From Cyanophora paradoxa CCMP329 (Eukaryota; Plantae; Glaucophyta), in assembly GCA_004431415.1 (NCBI GenBank), contig QPMI01000501.1, positions 1-10,856 on the forward strand: a stretch of DNA of 10,856 bases. The letters run 5' to 3'. A model generated the notes under the pieces. It searched no databases and was not told where the DNA came from. It was given only the letters and a program-made list of their open reading frames with translations. This document shows, one piece after another, positions 1 to 9,863 of the stretch (position 1 is its first letter; each line of letters begins with the position of its first letter). The position numbers and the translations under genes are program-made.

Positions 1-245
1 CTTCTCGGCTGCCTGGCGGTTTGAGGGCGACGCCGTGGGGCAGGCGGCCGTGCGGCGTCGAGAGTGGGTTCCGACCCGGTGAGTCTGGTGCTCGATGTTG
101 CAGCAGGCCGCCGCGCTGTTCTGCGGCGCCTGCCCTTACGCCGATCACGGCGCAGGTTGCCGCGTCGGCGTCTGCGCCTTCTCGTTCTGCCTGGCGGTCT
201 TGAGGCGACGCCCTGGTGCAGGGGGCCGCGGGCGTCGAGACCGGG
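1..245. repeat. Imperfect direct repeat, two ~68-nt copies 177 nt apart
   Basis: 1-68 cttctcggctgcctggcggtttgagggcgacgcc..ggcgtcgagagtggg versus 178-245 cttctcgttctgcctggcggtcttgaggcgacgcc..ggcgtcgagaccggg. Confidence 0.75.
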
Positions 246-3200
246 TCTCTGGGATTGCGCCCTCCCATGCCGGTTTGCAGACCGATCCATTCGTCCTACA
301 GCTGGCTCCGGATGCGGCTCCAGCGGGAGAGAGGGACGCTCCCACTACAGGAGGGGGTGTGCATGATTCACTTCGCTCAAACTCCTTCTAATTCTCTGGC
401 TTTTTTCAGCAGGGTCCTTGCCTGCGGGAGATTTTGAGCTGCCGTCACTCGTCATGGAACGCGCGGTGGGTGCTGCGAAAGATCTTAAGAGGGCGTTCGA
501 TGCGGTTGTGAATGCGACGAATCTGTTGCCGTGGGAAGGCGACGATTGGCTACCCCTCAGTATGTTCTTGTATCTTGATTTTTTGTACTCTCATCTATTT
601 TTGAATGTGTCTTTCCTTCCAGCCAAACCGGTGTTTCCGCCTGAGATCTTCTGGAACGTCCTGGGAATATCCGAGGCATTGTGGTCTTTACTTGTTGCTG
701 AACAATATTATGACGGCAGTCTTCAAATTGAAGTACAACTTGCGGGAAGCAGCGGAGGCCTTCAACAAGTTTGTCGTCCTAACCCAACGGCGTTCGTACA
801 GCATTCATCTACACAGTACCAGGAGCGTGCCTTCAACTGGCTGCTTAACTCTAAATCAGTCACTTTGGAGGACGCGGCTGAAATATCTGCGTACGGGTCA
901 TCTAATGCCTTCGACACGTCATTCCTGGATGACGAGGCCACGTCGAACATGCGCCAGATGACAGAGACGACCTTCAAGTCGTGGGTTGCACAGGGACTGA
1001 CGCCCCGTGAAATTGTGGTGGAACTAGCGAAGATGCGCGATGACGGAGTGAAACACTATCTGCACGTCGAGATGATGGCTGCGTCGTTCATCAATTTCAT
1101 TGAATTATCGCGGATCGAAGAGGTCTCGAAGGCTACTTACGGATCGATGTGGGATGATTACTGTCGTCTACAGCATTTATTGTCGTCGCCGAATCCAGAT
1201 ATCGGTTCTGGTTCAAGCATCTGACCCATCTTCTGGACTGCATCAGCGAATTGAAGAATTTGCGTCTTGAATTCGAGCGAAAGTTGTCGTCGTCGCACCC
1301 GTGCGCAGATGAAGCCGAGCTACTTTCTTTGCAATGTCCAGTGATATCCGGAATTCTAACCGAGAGAAACCGAATCGTCTTGTCTTGGAGGGACTCTGTG
1401 ATAACGTATGATTCAAACGGTAGTGATGGCAAAATGTCGCGCGTCGCCAAAGATGCATTCATCCGAATTGTTAAATCTACAATCACGCGATTGGGCACGT
1501 CAGTTGCGGGTGCCTCGAATTTGGTGATGCCACTGTTCTGTATCGCCTGAGTTAATACTGGAATGCGCAGATTGGAACGCGAAGGACGGAGACACAGTAC
1601 TTTATAGTTTCGACGATGGGGTTCTTAGTGGATCTCTCAAACGTCGGGACATTGCTACCCTGAGACCGAACGAAGAATTTACTGATGAGGTCGTGAATTT
1701 TTTCCACCAGTGAGTTAACGCAGTTCTTTGCAGCGTCATGCGCTTTTTGATTGTTGCCGTGACCACGAACGGTATAGTTGCTTGATGGAAAAGTTGCGTG
1801 ATCCGACGTTCAGGGCTTCTGTACCTGCGACGAGTGTCTGTTTTTTCAACACGTATTTTACCGTGCTTCTGAAGGTGTGTATCATGTATCGCCTTATTCC
1901 GTCTTGCCGATATTGACTATGCACAGGCGGGGTACGGGGAATCGGATCGGGCTAGGAAATGGTTCGTTAAGGCTGGCGTGAATATTTTCAAAACCCAGTT
2001 TCTTGGGTTTCCTGTGCACCTGCCCAAGTAAGCGTCTCGCCTTCTTTTAGTGCAGCGGCATGCATACTGATCAATGTGCAGTCATTGGATTCTCGTAATT
2101 GTCTGCAATTTGGGTAGCCTCGGCCAACGAATATCGGACCCTCGACTGCGACCGGCTATTGTGCAAGTGTGTTCAATGGGTACGGACGAGAACGCATTCT
2201 TGGACCGGAAATGTACACGTCTCCTTAAGGGCTCGCTTATAAGGTCGGCTTTGTGTATATGACTACGGGGCTCTGTAACGTGAATCCGATTCAGGTTCTT
2301 CCAATCGGGCGTACCGGGACAAGGCTCTGTTTCCCGGGTCACCTCGCGATATATTATCCGGTGACCTTGTTTTCAACTATGTTGTAGCCGAAGTACGTAC
2401 ATTCTGGCTGGATTATAATATTTAAGGCATTCGATTGATGGGGGCTGTTTGCAGGCAACGCGTCAAGGAGGCGTTGATTGCGGTGTTCATGTTTGTGTGA
2501 ACTCAGAGCTACTCGTTACAGGTTGCCTAACCGAATTTATGCAAACTGAGGGTGGTAGCGTATCTACTCCACAGGTTACTGTTGTGTGTCGTCTCACTCC
2601 ATATCTCCTGATTTTGCTAATAGTTCATTTGCACCCCTGACGACATCGTGAATATGAGGACGCTTCATATATTCCCTGGCTTGTGAGAAGGTGGGTTCTC
2701 ATGTTTTTTGACCTGCATCATTTGAAATGTATGATTAATATATTTGCGCGTTTATGGACTTCTCAGATTTCAGATCTACATCAGATTGCACGCAATGAGG
2801 ACGCGATTCAGAGGTACTCGGACATGCTGTTATCGTTGGTGACTGCATGCGTTTTGCTTGGCTTATTGTTATTTATTTTATTTTCTCACCAACTGTTACC
2901 TAGCAATCCTCGGAACCTCCTGCCGACGAGCCTCGTGTTGGCCTACATGATTCATCCGGTCAGCGTGGGCTTCAACAATCCGATGCCATTAAATCGGTAT
3001 GTCGTGCGCTCTTTCAACTGGCCCGTCTATTAATTCCAATGACAAGTTCGCAGGTTCTGAGCCGCGTTGCAGCCCGCGACGGGTCACCCAAGCTTGGCAG
3101 TAAACTTTTGGAGGCCCGTCTCTCTGCGCGGAGTGCTCGCATGTCCCATTGTGCGGACCGTGGAGTTGACCCGCAACCGTCACGTCTACCCAATCGGCGT

Positions 3201-5479
3201 TCCAGCCTGCGAGTCGGCGATGATGTAGTCGCCGTTGCGGTTCCCCATGCGTTTGCCTTCACGCTGATCCCTGTGCAGGATTCCGGTTCGGCATTCGCAC
3301 CTCCCGAACAGCCGGGTTTCATGGGGGGCGATGCATTGGGGCCGGCGAGTGACATGGAAGCCCGTTCTCTGGCCGTCTTGCCGGTGCCATCACCTGCCTC
3401 TCCGTCGGTCCCCGACCAAGGTTTGGTAGAAAAACACGCGATAATTATCTGTCGTTGATCGTTGCTGGCCTATTTGCAGCTGCTATTCAACAAGGTGTCG
3501 CAGGAGCGAGTGTACCTGGTTCACGTCGCAGTGGTAAGATACGAGAAGAGCCAGATGGTGAGGTTGATTTTTGGGCCTATCCTGATGGAATCCTTAATTA
3601 AATCTGTTCGAGTGTCTGCTTATTTAACATGAGCAGGTGACCGCCAACGATCGAATCCTGCAGTTGTCCAGTTTCAAGTCGACGGAAAAAAGTATAAAAT
3701 CTGTAGTTCATCTTCTGATGCACCGGTGCGGGTTCAATTAATATTTATCACACCATTTGAACATCCTCAATTATTCACTACGATCCTACCAGGATCAGTC
3801 CAAGGAAGATGCTGCTGACAGACGGCGCACGCGTGTATCGACTGGTGCAAGTAGCAAAAAGTCTCCGGGTTCGACACAAGGAATGGTTGCACACCAAGGC
3901 CGTTCTGCGTCCAAAAAGCGGAAAGCAAGCAAAGTAACTGTTCCCCGACGCGATGCCAGCGGCGTGAGTGATTAATAGTTGTACTCAATCGCACTATTTA
4001 TGATTCCCCTTTGAATATGCGGTGTTTTGTATATTAGGCTGGGAAAAGGGCGAGAACGGGTGATTCCGATGATGACGACAACGGTGCTGATCGTGTGAGT
4101 AGTTTACTCTATATATATGTGTCGATGATTCCCGTTTGATTCTTTGTGTTGTATCGAAGGATGCTGATGCTAGCGACATTGACAGTGTTTCTTTGTCGGT
4201 GAATGCATATCTGTGCGATTCTCTTACTTGGTTTTTTTGATGACCTTCGTTGGATCCCAGTCGGATACACCTCCTGGCCATTCCGGTGGCAGAAGCGGAA
4301 ACGTGGGTGAGGCACTATCGGTGAGTGGTCTCCCGATATCCAGCTCGACATTTGTATTTTCTGATCCCTGTTCAGCTTATACCAGCGACGTCGACCATAG
4401 TGGAAAATGAGCGGAAGTCCTTGAAATTTCTGTCGCGTAAGGCTCGGGTGGCGTGGATGGTCAAATCTTTATCTGCATCTGCGGATACCCTACAGAGTTC
4501 AGTTGGGCCGATGATTACATCAACGGGCAGTTCATCTGGACCAGTTGTGCCTTGTGCTAGTGGCTCCAATTTCAGCACTCCGCAGCTTCCGCTATCAATC
4601 GATGACATTTTCACGTGTTTGGTCTCCGATGACTGCTCAGCAGTTCCGCAATTTGTTGCAGCATCCACTCCCGGAATCGGACCTGTCGCCTCCCGAAACT
4701 CGAAGATGTTCGACTTCGGCGAGAGACTGTATACGGCCATCGCATGCAATGGCTTGTCGCTTTCGGAATCTATAGCCAGAATTGAGCAGGGAAGATTGTG
4801 TCTGCTCTTTTGCTCGAGTAGTGCACTCTATTTCAAGCGAGTCCAATTCCTTTTGTGGATTATCCAGAAGGAAGGTACACCTGACGCTGTGTAATCCCTA
4901 GTACTGCTCATGCTCATACGGTCTATGTCGATCGCAGGCGCACGTCAGATGATGCAGATGACTGATTCTCAGATCGACAGTCTTTGGGGGACGTTTCGCA
5001 AGAAGCAGATCAGCATTCGCTTCTGGCCGGAAGTGAAGGCCGCCTTGGCGTGCCTGTACCCGTCTTGTGAAGAAGAATCTGCCCCTCCGGATCAGAAACT
5101 TCCATTCGACCTCACGAAGAGTGATTGTGTTTTGGTGTTGTACCGGGTACGTTTCGGGCGATTTAATTTTTTGTTCCACGTGTTCTTCTTAACGCTGTTT
5201 GACTCCAGATTGGGTGTCTCCTTGCACTACACCCAATTTATTGAAGTACTTGCTGGCTGCTCCCCGGGTTGCGGGAGTTAATGCCTACGAGGTTACTCGT
5301 ATCTCAGGCATGTAGTCCAGCATAAAAACGGCGGCCTCCTCGATCATGTTCGGGACACGATTGTTGCGGCGGCATCTCCAACTTGTGCTCCTGCCGTCAG
5401 CGCAGCATTTGCGTTTCGCCCTCCCGAAGAACTGAAAGGCTTGTTATCAGACGGGGCCAGATGGCCTGCATGGTTTTAG
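95..5479 (+). CDS. Large multi-exon protein (~1,350 aa) with a central Ulp1/peptidase C48 SUMO-protease domain; 5' end may lie upstream of the window; contains frameshifts
   Basis: Mostly frame-consistent chain of GT..AG introns: 357-412, 560-622, 1510-1570, 1710-1777, 1875-1926, 2028-2081, 2244-2294, 2393-2454, 2575-2623, 2691-2766, 2839-2903, 2997-3053, 3421-3479, 3558-3636, 3726-3792, 3964-4037, 4095-4159, 4199-4260, 4321-4375, 4875-4937, 5147-5208. Inferred stop TAG at 5477-5479 (..GARWPAWF*). Needs frame changes at ~1160-1200, 2307-2309, 2674-2676, 5232-5234 and ~5295. Without the 2674 correction the protease stops at TGA 2684-2686 and 2767-5479 could be a separate gene. Confidence 0.7.
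1571..2690 (+). CDS. Ulp1-family (peptidase C48, SENP) catalytic domain, spliced part of gene 1
   Basis: Spliced translation: VLYSFDDGVLSGSLKRRDIATLRPNEEFTDEVVNFFHHCLMEKL..VCFFNTYFTVLLKAGY..RARKWFVKAGVNIFKTQFLGFPVHLPNHWILVIVCNLG..RPAIVQVCSMG..LIRFFQSAYRDK..ATRQGGVDCGVHVC..FICTPDDIVNMR. This matches the C48 motifs in order (D..TL...LND..INF; FFNTFF; RW...DIF; P.H...HW; DS; Q...DCG; DI..MR). His at 2083-2085, Cys at 2479-2481. Confidence 0.9.
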
Positions 5480-6058
5480 TCGCGACAGTGTGTATATGTT
5501 TCTGGGTCTTTGTACAATGCACTCTTTCCTTCCGTCTTCTTTGATGCCCTGCCGACATGTTAGGGTGCCGTGATGGGAGCTGGAGGGCGACGGGTGCTCC
5601 TGAACGGGAGGGTAGACGTGGCGGGGCCGGCTCTGTATGCCGGTGGTGGTGGGTCGCTGACTGGCTGATGGGGCAGGATCCCCGGACGATGGCCGGGCCA
5701 GTGCCGCGTTGCTTGCGGGGGGGGCTTGACCGGGAGCGACGGCGGGTGGGGCTCTATGGGGCGGCAAGGACGATGCACTGCGGCGGGCTGGTGCATGGGG
5801 GCGGAGCGTGCGGTGCGGAGGGCGATGGGCTGTTGCGGTCAGGTCTGTAACTGGGGATATCGGCGGGGGCGGTGCGCTGTCGTGTCGCCGGGGGCGGGCC
5901 GCTGGCGTGCCCCTTTTTGTCCCTATCGCACCCTCCGGCCCCCTCTCCAGTGGGAGAGAGGGGCGCCTCCTCCGGCCCCTATTGCCTCGCCACTGTCACT
6001 AATCTGAGCAACCTGCAGCCCTTGTTCATTTATGTTCTCTCCTAACCTCTCCTCGTCG

Positions 6059-6107
<49 letters not shown>
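6059..6107. repeat. Poly-C homopolymer, 49 nt (poly-G on the minus strand)
   Basis: Uninterrupted C run counted directly; lies 36 nt before ATG 6144. Confidence 0.95.
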
Positions 6108-6143
6108 ATACCCCGCCGTCCCTAACATCCGCTCGTGTCAACT

Positions 6144-7252
6144 ATGCGCCCGCCGCACAGGGGATGGTCATGCGAAAGACATGCAACTCGCTCGGTGTAT
6201 ATTGTCGGGTATACTGTAAAGTCAGATTCGCAGCAGTGATTTCACTTATGCTTAGCTGCATATCAAGCGCTAGCGCTCTACCGACTTTGAGGTCGACGTC
6301 CCTGCTATTGAACCGACTTCCGAGTGCACGTCCCTCCAGCTGCAGCTCCATGGATTTGCAATTGCTCTGTAGCTAGGCCTAACGCCGAGCTCGTGGCTTT
6401 GCTTATGGCGAGTACATCTGGCCGATCCCTTGAATTTCATATGCCTCTTCAACCGGGTCCACACAATCTGAGCTGCGCCCACAACGGTTAATAAATATAT
6501 AATCCCCTGCGGCATTCGGGATTTCTATATACAGAACTTTTGGATAATCCTGCTATGCTTACCATCCAAACCTGGATAGCATGTTTTGGCAGTTCTCCTG
6601 CCTCCGAATTCCATCCTCGCGATTTGTTCATCAGCCGCTGCGATCGCATCCGCCTCGTTGGCAAATGTTTCAAGCTCTTCGCGACCGCCGTCCAGCGAGT
6701 CATTCGCTCTCCACGTCCACTGCCGGCGCAGGACAGTACGCGCCACTCAATGCGGTCACGCTCGTAGCGTGGACTACGCCGCAGAACAGCGGGCGGTCAC
6801 TGGTTTGAGCTGAGGTTGACAGCTTCGGCTACCAGAACCGGTCATCCGGGCCCATGTACATCGCTGCTGTCCATACTAGGCGGTTGAATTGCCTATCTGT
6901 TATCAATCTCAGGCCTGTTCGCTGTATGGTTGCATATTCGAGCTCTACCAGCTCCAAGCGCGTGCTTGCCATCGAACGCCCGGTGAACTTCGCTTGCGCA
7001 GCATGTTACTTCCGAATTCCCTCTGGCGAATTGCACGACCTTCAAGTACACCGGCATTGCGTACCGCATTGCGCTAAACTCGGCAGAGTTGCTCATATCT
7101 ACCGTCTTGATTATGCCACGACTTTTACTGTTCTCGTTGCGCTCGTCTCACGCTGCAATTGCAGTCGACGCGTCGCTCGGAATAGAGGTCTGATGAGCGA
7201 CGTAGGGGTACACAATACATCGAGTTTCATATCATCGTTACCGACGGCTTAA
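6144..7252 (+). pseudogene. Probable 5' part of gene 2: frameshifted coding sequence with possible additional ubiquitin-like domains
   Basis: ATG at 6144 and a phase-0 intron 6195-6255, then LHIKR*RSTDFEVDVPAIEPTSECTSLQLQL..LGLTPSS..LQPG/HTI. Further fragments are MLTIQT/HVLAVLLPPNSIL/DLFISRCDRIRLVGKCFKLF and IFELYQLQARACHRTPGELRL/TTFKYTGI. No continuous frame; many indels required. Confidence 0.3.
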
Positions 7253-9111
7253 ATGACATCGACTATGCTGCCGCTTGCCGACCGAGAATATATATCCATG
7301 GGTGATGCTGCAGCAGATACATTGCCGCCTTCGAAACGTAGGCTTGTCGCGCACCGCACTCGAGACGCAAGCTGATTGAACTTGCAGGCCAGCGTTCGAT
7401 CACTAAGGTGAGACAACCGCAACTGTGTTTCTACGGATCATGCGCGACGAACGGCAGACAAGTCGACATCTGATATGCCGCAGATTGCCGCTCGTCAAGA
7501 AGCATCAACGATGAACGCAGCAGCAGAGAGAGCGATGCCTTCGCAACGTAGGCTGCTTGCGCACCTCATTCGAAACGTAGGCTGATTGAATTCGCAGGCC
7601 AGCGTTTGATCAGCAAGGTGCGACGCCACCGAAAGTGGTGCTGCTCGATTGCGATGTTCGAGGCGCAGGGCGACCAGATCCTGGAAGTCCTGGCCATGGT
7701 CACAATCGGCGACGAGTGTGCGGGGCGTAGGGACGTAGGCACATTGACGGAGCTGCCGATTCCTGCCGGGTATGACCTATTGTATCCGGAAAACGAGTTC
7801 GTTCAATTCTCGATCCCATCAATTGTGACTTTCCCAGTAACTGATCGAAAGAAGGCCTGCTGAGTGCAATATTGAAGTGAAATTCTTTGTGCCCCACGCA
7901 GAAAAGAAGGTAACATTAAGTTTCTCTGTCGAATATGTGAACCGAAACTAATTACATTTCGTCCCCATCGCAGACATCGTTTACACACATGGCCGCGTGG
8001 ATCCTTCAACGACGCGTTTAATTACTGGTGTATGAAGTACAACTTGCGCAAAGGGGCGTTCGTATTTGGAGGGAACAAATACGGCCTGTGGACAGTCCGG
8101 GATGCGTTGGGGTATGCAATGGCGACACCGTTATATACGTAGAGGAGAGCAAGCTGACAGCTGAAAGTCTGAAACGGTGCGCGCTGAACGTGTACATACC
8201 GGATGGTGATCTAACGTGGGTGCCGGTCCTCGAGCACGGCCGCAGGGAGGAAGAGTTTGATTCGTACGTCGAGTGTCACGATATAATGAACTCGCAATTC
8301 CGATTATTTACGCTTGTTCAGAGTCGACGTTGAGAGTGCGATGGAGGTGGTGATCGTGGGCGACAGCGGGCACCAAGACATGAGGATGGTGGAAATTCTC
8401 TGATCTATATACTCGTTATTCGAGTGGATCTGTATCTTGTTATTCAAACGTTAGCGTGTGCATCGCAGGGGCTGAAAGTGAGTCGGGCGACCGGAATGTA
8501 CTGGATGCCAGCGAGGCAAAGGTTCGTGTATGTACTTGATCGGGCCGCCGAGCACGAATAACGGACGCACCTGCTTCGCAGCGTGAACCTGCGGATGACC
8601 GTGATGGGAACGCACGATTCTACACTACCTGCAGCATTTGCGTTGCACATGGTGCCAGGCCAATCGCGGCCACGATACGTGACGTATATCTACGACGAAC
8701 TGATTATACGCCGGTTCACAGAGTGACATAGCCGTGCTGATTGATCGACCTCTATCCGAGTCCATGCGGGTGTACGTTGATAAATTATCGTGCCCCATAG
8801 GCACGTTTTCTCCTGCCATATGGACGTCGCATGGATATACCACGTTACATGTCCCAATCATGCCCCTCAGGCACGTGTTTACAGGATATGACGCGGTTGA
8901 ATTCGTGTACAAAGGGTGCTTGCTAAAGATAGGACCGACTCCGGCTGAAATGGATATGAAGCACGGTGATGAAATTAAGTACGTGCTTCTTGTATTTATT
9001 GCGTGCGAATGACGATGACACCTTTCCAGGGTAATACCATACAATAGAGTTGTCGGCTCGACGCTCGCTGTGGTCTTCACGATTTTTGCTATTGCCTTCG
9101 ACTACAACTGA
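7253..9111 (+). CDS. Multi-exon protein with tandem SUMO/ubiquitin-like domains (Rad60/Esc2/NIP45-like SLD pattern); frameshifted
   Basis: Introns 7338-7387, 7408-7457/62, 7548-7597, 7618-7668, 7910-7973, 8264-8321, ~8388-8468, 8528-8581, ~8679-8721, 8801-8884 (GC-AG), 8979-9029; stop TGA 9109-9111. Domain A (7868-8141, three 1-nt fixes): NIEVKFFVPHAEKEDIVYTHGRVDPFNDAFNYWCMKYNLRKGAFVFGGEQIRPVDSPGCVGVCNGDTVIYV. Domain C (8722-9057, no fixes): DIAVLIDRPLSESMRVYVDKLSCPIGYDAVEFVYKGCLLKIGPTPAEMDMKHGDEIKV, compare SUMO ..RFLYDG.RI....TP.DLDMED.D.I. Weaker domain B lies at 8341-8677. Confidence 0.7.
7255..7634 (+). repeat. Tandem duplication, period 210 nt, of exon + 50-nt intron + 20-nt mini-exon + donor site
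   Basis: gcagcag..gccttcgaaac|gtaggct..gctgattgaacttgcag|gccagcgttcgatcactaag|gtgaga (7308-7413) versus gcagcag..gccttcgcaac|gtaggct..gctgattgaattcgcag|gccagcgtttgatcagcaag|gtgcga (7520-7623). Confidence 0.85.
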
Positions 9112-9346
9112 TGCAAGATGACGCCCTCCAGTACCCTGCCTCTGCTATCACCGACCTTGGTTCCCGCTAGGGCCTTGATCGTGAACTTGACCCCGTCGTA
9201 CTGAGCGCCTCTATCTCAATACATTGAGTGCACCGCTCTCACTGTTTTCAATTGCCCCGCTTCTACTACCCTCCAGCGCTCTGTGAACATACACTCCGTC
9301 CATCCCGCCTTAGCTCCCAGCGCTCGTGCCTGTACTATCCTCCAGT

Positions 9347-9460
9347 GCCCGCGCCCTCCTGTACCCCGCCACGGGCGCCCCACCTTAGCTGTGCCCGCCC
9401 GCACCCTCCGGCAACGCGCCCTGGGCATTCTGCATCAGCCGCGCTCCGCCCGCACCCTCC
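9347..9460. repeat. Three copies of gcccgcRccctcc spaced 50-51 nt apart in intergenic DNA
   Basis: Copies at 9347-9359, 9397-9409 and 9448-9460. Confidence 0.6.
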
Positions 9461-9779
9461 ATCACCCCGCGCCGGGCACATCCCACTGGCTATAATGCGT
9501 AGTTTACATGAGTATATTTGGTTGGAAAGGGTATTCAGATTCAAGGCACGAAAAGCCAAGCGGACTTTCCGTCGAGCGTCACGACCCTAGGCCTCCAGCC
9601 GGCGATCTGGTGACAGTAGTACTTCAGGCACAAAAATCACAGTGGACTTCAACCTCTGCAACATCCCTTTTGCATCTGTGCGCCAGACGCTAGCTCACAT
9701 GGACCGGTGCGTTTCACGTCACCAATCGTGTGATTGGTATGGTCGCAATGTAACTTTTTTGTCGCTTGCGTTTCACGGA

Positions 9780-9817
9780 CCCCCCCCCCCCCCCGCCCGC
9801 CCCCCCCCCACCCCCCC
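9780..9817. repeat. Near-pure C tract, 38 nt with 3 interruptions
   Basis: Seen directly; lies 46 nt before ATG 9864. Confidence 0.95.
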
Positions 9818-9863
9818 GGTACCGATCACCCTCTCTATACCTAAACTGCCTGTTCGCACGTTC

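Noticed and set aside
605-961. Alternative + frame ORF (..KLKYNLREAAEAFNKF..) as a separate gene
   Set aside because: Starts inside a predicted intron and overlaps the gene 1 exon; at most it marks a local compensated frameshift that I cannot resolve.
5923-6376. Poly-Pro and poly-Gly ORFs (6032-6376 +, 5923-6141 -; likewise 9642-9920)
   Set aside because: They are translations of the C homopolymers; real Pro runs would be expected to vary at third codon positions.
114-6791. 15-nt inverted match (114-128 versus 6777-6791) as a transposon TIR
   Set aside because: Does not extend convincingly, lies inside probable coding regions, no TSD seen; plausible by chance in GC-rich DNA.
762-9080. Minus-strand ORFs (e.g. 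1133-1498, 3014-3355, 4372-4749, 6525-6746, 8625-9080)
   Set aside because: No recognisable motifs; the splice signals and domain matches I could identify are all on the + strand.
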